From assembly GCF_009914755.1 (NCBI RefSeq), contig NC_060947.1: a DNA stretch of 64,000 bases, one strand, 5' to 3'. Under the pieces are notes generated by a model, which worked only from the letters and a program-made list of their open reading frames with translations, did not search any database and had not been told where the DNA came from. The stretch comes from the human T2T-CHM13v2.0 reference genome, Homo sapiens. Both the position numbers and the translations under genes were made by a program. Every line of letters begins with the position of its first letter. Position 1 is the stretch's first letter. Below are positions 58,459 to 64,000 of this stretch, piece after piece.

Positions 58459-59604
58459 TCATGTTCACCGTGCTCCATGTTACCTCAGGGTTTTGCACAT
58501 GCTGCTTCTTCTACCTAGAACTCTCTGCTCAACCTGCCCTCTACCTAGTTGATTCCTACTCAGCCTTTAGCTCTTGGCCCCAATTTCAGACAGGTTATCC
58601 CTGGTTCCCTGACTGTGTCAACTCTCCCCATTACAAGCTCAGGTACCTTCCCACCACGGCACCTGCTATAGGTGAAATTTTACATATATTGTCTTGATTA
58701 TTTGATCAATGTCTCTTAGCTTCTTAAACGCAAGGGTTGGAATTTTGTCTGGTTTTACCGACTTTGTATCCACAGTCCCAGGCACACTTGTTGACTCAAA
58801 GTAGGGGCTTCATAAATGTCCATTGTACAAATCAAAGCATTTCATAGAGCTCCTCAATTCCTAGGACTGTCTGGTTAGCATATTACCATATGCTTCCTGG
58901 TCACTCTCATAAGCACCATGTATAAAGAAGCATTTTTTAAAAAAAGTACATGTATTATATCCTTGAAAGAGGCATGAAAGAGGGCAAAAAAAGTTGAGGA
59001 TGATTTGCTACTCTAGACAAGCAGCACATTTCTAATTATCTTGGTTACCTAGGAGTAAAGTATAGTCTCAAGTCTTACAGTAGAAATGAGAAGGAAAGAA
59101 ATATTTAGCTGCTTAAACCTAATGTTAAGCAAACCATATTCCATCTATAACTAGATGCAGTAGGTTTTTCATTTATTCCCAACATGTTTGATGAATGGTT
59201 CACCCTGATAGGAGAAAACGCTAAGTTCCTACTATAAAGGACAATGAAAGGCCAACGAGGTAACATTGGGATTCCAGAAGGCCCTTTACTGCGAATAATT
59301 TACATTTTGAGGCTACTGTTTGTTTTTCTCTTTTATAAAATTAAACATAATTATCTGTACTCCATACCTGTCCCATTGGGAGTTTGGAGGAATTAATGAG
59401 ATGATGTTTGCGGAGTGCTCAGGGCCCCTGGAAACACTATTATTAGAACAGTTAAGTAAAATGTTGCTTATGGTAACCTATGGGGTGACTTCCAGACAAG
59501 CAAGGCTGACATCAGAATAAAAAATAGCAAAGTGAAACAAGAAGGACAAAATTACTATTTGGTGATTTTACAGTAATGAAAATCATCCACTTTCTGAATT
59601 TCTA

Positions 59605-59797
59605 ACTGCACTCTCCAATCCAGTAGCCACTAGCCCCATATGGCTATTTAATTTAAACCGATGAACTAAATTTTAAATTAAATTAAATTTCTTAAAATTA
59701 AAATATAAATAGCCTCATGAGGCCAGTGCTTTCTCCATTGGATAGTTCAGATATAGACTATTTCCATCATCACAGAAAATTCTACTGGACGGCAGTA
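59605..59797. mobile_element. MER3-like hAT-Charlie MITE
   Basis: ctctccaatccagtagccactagccccatatggcta...tttccatcatcacagaaaattctactggac. Confidence 0.7.
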
Positions 59798-61181
59798 TGA
59801 ATCTGAGGGGGTCTTTTGACTCTTTGTATCTGAATCCTGTTATTTGACACTTTCAAAGCCTCACCCAGAGTAGGGATTTGGAACTTTATCAGCTAGAAGA
59901 GAGATTACTCATCGAGCTGAAGAGAAATTATTCTTCAAAGACAAATGGTTTCCTTTCAAACGCGTTTTGCCTTTTCTATGCTGCCTCCGCCTGGTTAGCA
60001 CTAAGAATATGTGCAGTGTGGAATGGGTTAAATGTTTCTCTTTTTTCCCTATCTCATATTTCTCAGTGCCCCATCTATATATAAGTGCTGAAGTCTGGGC
60101 AGAGAGTAAACCATCTGAGTGACCATGAACACAGATTCATAACTAAAAACCTGCTATATCTGGTTGCCCACAAAATAAGAGACAGGTCATTAATACATTC
60201 TCGTTGGGAACAAATCCCCTCTTGTGTGAAATGCTGCTGCATCTCATTTTTCTCTTTATACTATTTTAATCTTGTGGGATTAGGGGGTGGGGTGGGGAAC
60301 AGAAACGAGCCCAGCGCATTCTAACTTTGTGTGGGTGTCTCCCTGGCTTGGTTACCAAAGAAACCATTATGTTCCATACTATTCAAATAATGGCTCTACT
60401 AGCGCCCTAAATACTTTCTTCTTTTCTAACCTGACTGCACTGCAGATTTAGAGCCACCATCTGTTGGCCAGCAAAAGAGAAGGGTTTCTGGAAATGTCAC
60501 GGCCCTTCCCACACTGTTTGAAGCCTCAGTCTCAAGACTGCAACCTAAGAAGTCTGCTTCTGAAGCCAATTATTTCCTTACCAGGCCCAAGACGCTGTCT
60601 CCATGCACCACTGCACTGCCAAACTGCATAAGTGAAAGGTATTTGCAGGCATCCTGTGAGGCTGCCAAGCCTCCTGCCACCCATGCTGCCAGCCTCTTCT
60701 CTCGCTGCAGTTGTGAGGGCCTTGCTGCTTCACCCCTGAAGCATGCTGGGGGATCTGGCTGGGATGAGTGCTTCCCTGCCACCCTGGGCCCTGGAGTGAG
60801 TCACATCACCATCCCATGGATGCCTATTGCTGATTTACAGAGCAACAAATCCAGCAGCTGGGACCACCTGTTTTCATGGCTGCCAGGATGGGTTGTGCCC
60901 TTCAGAGGCTCCCGCGGCAAAGCAGAAGCCGCCAGCCCAGGATGTGATTGCCCCGGGAGAGAGGTGCTGGAAAAGGACCTGGTTTTCACGCTCCACTGCC
61001 ATTTGCCCTTCCCTACCCAGTCTTTAGATATACAGAGGTACAATGTACTTGGCAAATTCCCTATGAATTCCAGGCAGCCAGGAACTAAGGAATGAGGTGT
61101 TCTTGTAAACCTCCAGGTCTCTGCCACAGACGATTCTGAGTTACTCTCCCAAGCAGTGTGGTCACTCTTTCTGAGGTTTTA

Positions 61182-61595
<414 letters not shown>

Positions 61596-62310
61596 AAGAA
61601 CAAGGAATTATTCTTAAGATCAGTAGTTGCTTCCATTAAGACCAACATGCATACCACATCTTTTCTAACGCAGTACTTTAAGCCAGGAGTCTCCAAACTT
61701 TCGGGGTCAAGCATCCTATTCACATACAACATCTTTGCACGCCTCCAAATACACATATCTCTATTTACAATGTGCATATATACATATAGATATACCTTCT
61801 AATATACTACTGTATTATCACATTACAAAACATGCTCCCAAAATTGAAATCTTAAAAGCGTTCAAATGAAAATGCAATATTTTTAAAATTAGGTTTAATT
61901 TTGTTTCATTTATTAAAGGCACAAAAGTCACTTTTACTCTCACTGGAAAAATCTGACATTTTTAAGGAGAGAAATATTATCAAACTAGCGCTTTTATTTT
62001 TTGATTTAGTTTAATTTAGAGGTATTGTGCTAAATTCAGTTTCTTTTGATACTTGGTTTTTAAAGCTGTGACAGCCCCCACAAAAAGAAAGAGAGAGAGC
62101 GAGAGAGATCCCACAAAGACGCATAGATCCAAATGGAACAAGTGAGGTTATTTTACAACCTCATAATACCTGTCATAAAAAACTAATATCTGTATAACTA
62201 TCTGTGATAACAACATGTGTAAAAAACATATATCTGTATGCTATATGAGATACACACAAATATAAGACATATCTGTATCTACGTATATGTATATCTATGT
62301 TTCTGTATAA

Positions 62311-62403
62311 GTGAATATGTCCCCATTGGGACATACACTAAAAAATTGTTTACGTAAAAATTCAAATTTAACTAGGCCTCCTATACTTTATCTGGCAACC
62401 CTA
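62311..62403. mobile_element. Partial MER53 (one arm)
   Basis: ttgggacatac...aaattcaaatttaactagg...tatctggcaacccta. Confidence 0.7.
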
Positions 62404-64000
62404 AACTCGTGAAGTTTATTTTTTTCTTATTTTTTTTAACCATAAGTAAATATAAATAGGAGTTCTAATATTTTCTTTCTGCATACTTAGCAATGGAGAT
62501 CATTTCTAAGAAGCTGCCACCAGAGTCCCTGGCCAAACCAGTGTCCTCCTCGAAGAGCTAATACAGCCAAATGCTAATAAGAAACCCCTCTTCACTTAAG
62601 TTCCTTAAACCGTCCCCTCCTCAAACCCTCCTTACCCTGTAGTAGCATCGTGCATCAATGCTATGACTGACTGATATAGAACCTTCTTCATTTTTCTGGC
62701 CAATACATTTATTCAAGGAAAGGGAAAATTACAGGTAAAGCAGAAAGAGGCTTGAGCCACATGTGTAGGTACATGTGTCAACTCGTCCATCTAGATTCCG
62801 CCTCTGGTTTACAGAGGTGGCAGCAGGAGTACTTTACCCTTTTCACCTCTACCACTGGCACCCAAGATCTGCTCAACATTGAAAGAGATCACATGCTAGG
62901 AATACAGTGATTATGGCCTAAAGAGTTCTAGAGATGACATGGTTGGAAAACGTGTCTTTGTGCATGTACACTATAAAATTCTGAATGGTAAATTTAACAT
63001 GACCAGAAAAATGATTTATCACTCATATTTTCCTGCATACTCTGGATAAGACTGTCCAGCATCAACAAAACATGGTAAAAAAAAAAAAACCTCTGAGAGA
63101 GTCATTGGAAGACAATACCTGTGGCAGCACGATAGATGATGCCGTATCATGAGTAATGAAGTAGCCAGCATTAAATAAAGGGTTCTAGGGAACCGTAGGG
63201 CAAGAAGATCTACGTGATTTCAATACGAACAGTTCCAATAACCCATAGCATTGTGAGTACTATCACCTCTTGCTACCTCTTTCTCATGAAGGGCAGGGGG
63301 CAAGGTAATATTATCCAGTGCATTTAACAGTAAAAACAAAACAAAACAAAATAAAACACTAATAGATGGTACCTAGACCTGAACAAGAAGACATGATGGC
63401 TGGACGTGACAAAGAATCCTCATGTGCATCGATGTGGCAATAAACACATATGCAAATACTGCATCTCTACCTATTATTCTAAATCTTCATCAATAAAATG
63501 TTAAACCTCTCATTGGTACATGAATTTTTGTGATACATTTTTAATTGAACTGCTTACATAAATAGAGGCCCCACACCAAATATTTGCCAGCGGCCTTGCA
63601 CACCATAGGGGCAGCCCTAGTGCTAAGCTGTGCAACAGTTCTCCTGTGCTGCTCCAATATGCAATTTCACAATAACACATGGTCTCAGGACATTCTCCTG
63701 GGCAAGGTCATTTTCATGGTAAGGCCTAACAATTATCGAGTGCCAACTCTGTGTTTGGCACTCTACTCGGGGCTTTACATACATTATCTTGTCTTGTACT
63801 TGTATTAAACCAAGAGAAATAATAAATTGCTTTATTTTAAGCCACTAAGTCTCAGAATAGTTTGTTAAGCAGCAATATATTATTGAAAAACAATAAGCTG
63901 AGATTTTTTTCGTTGCTCGATTCATTTCCTCTAAACTACTGTGGAGCAGGCAGATCTCAGACTTTTCTATCTCCCTTTCACAACTGCAGAAATTGAGTAG

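Noticed and set aside
60643-61095. 150-aa plus-strand ORF
   Set aside because: TTG start, no domain; explained by locally higher GC.

Overview
Repeat-dense primate, almost certainly human, non-coding DNA. No host protein-coding exon could be identified with confidence. The main feature is a full-length ~6.06 kb young LINE-1 (6070-12131, +) with intact ORF1 (338 aa), ORF2 (1275 aa) and antisense ORF0, a 14-bp target-site duplication (TSD), and ACG/A 3'UTR diagnostics (between L1PA2 and pre-Ta L1HS). It sits inside a non-coding MER4A-type ERV1 provirus (1805-15420) whose 5' LTR is truncated. That provirus appears to have split a 155-bp, 88%-identical inverted repeat. A second, old and decayed near-full-length L1 (23221-29653) is nested with an Alu monomer inside a small hAT-type transposon, apparently reusing the same endonuclease site. 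The rest is Alus, MaLR LTRs, old L1M fragments (one twin-primed), MIRs, DNA transposon fossils, microsatellites and a few candidate splice sites. I found no evidence for a wholly new biological system. Subfamily names and reference comparisons are from memory of consensus sequences and need a RepeatMasker/Dfam check.
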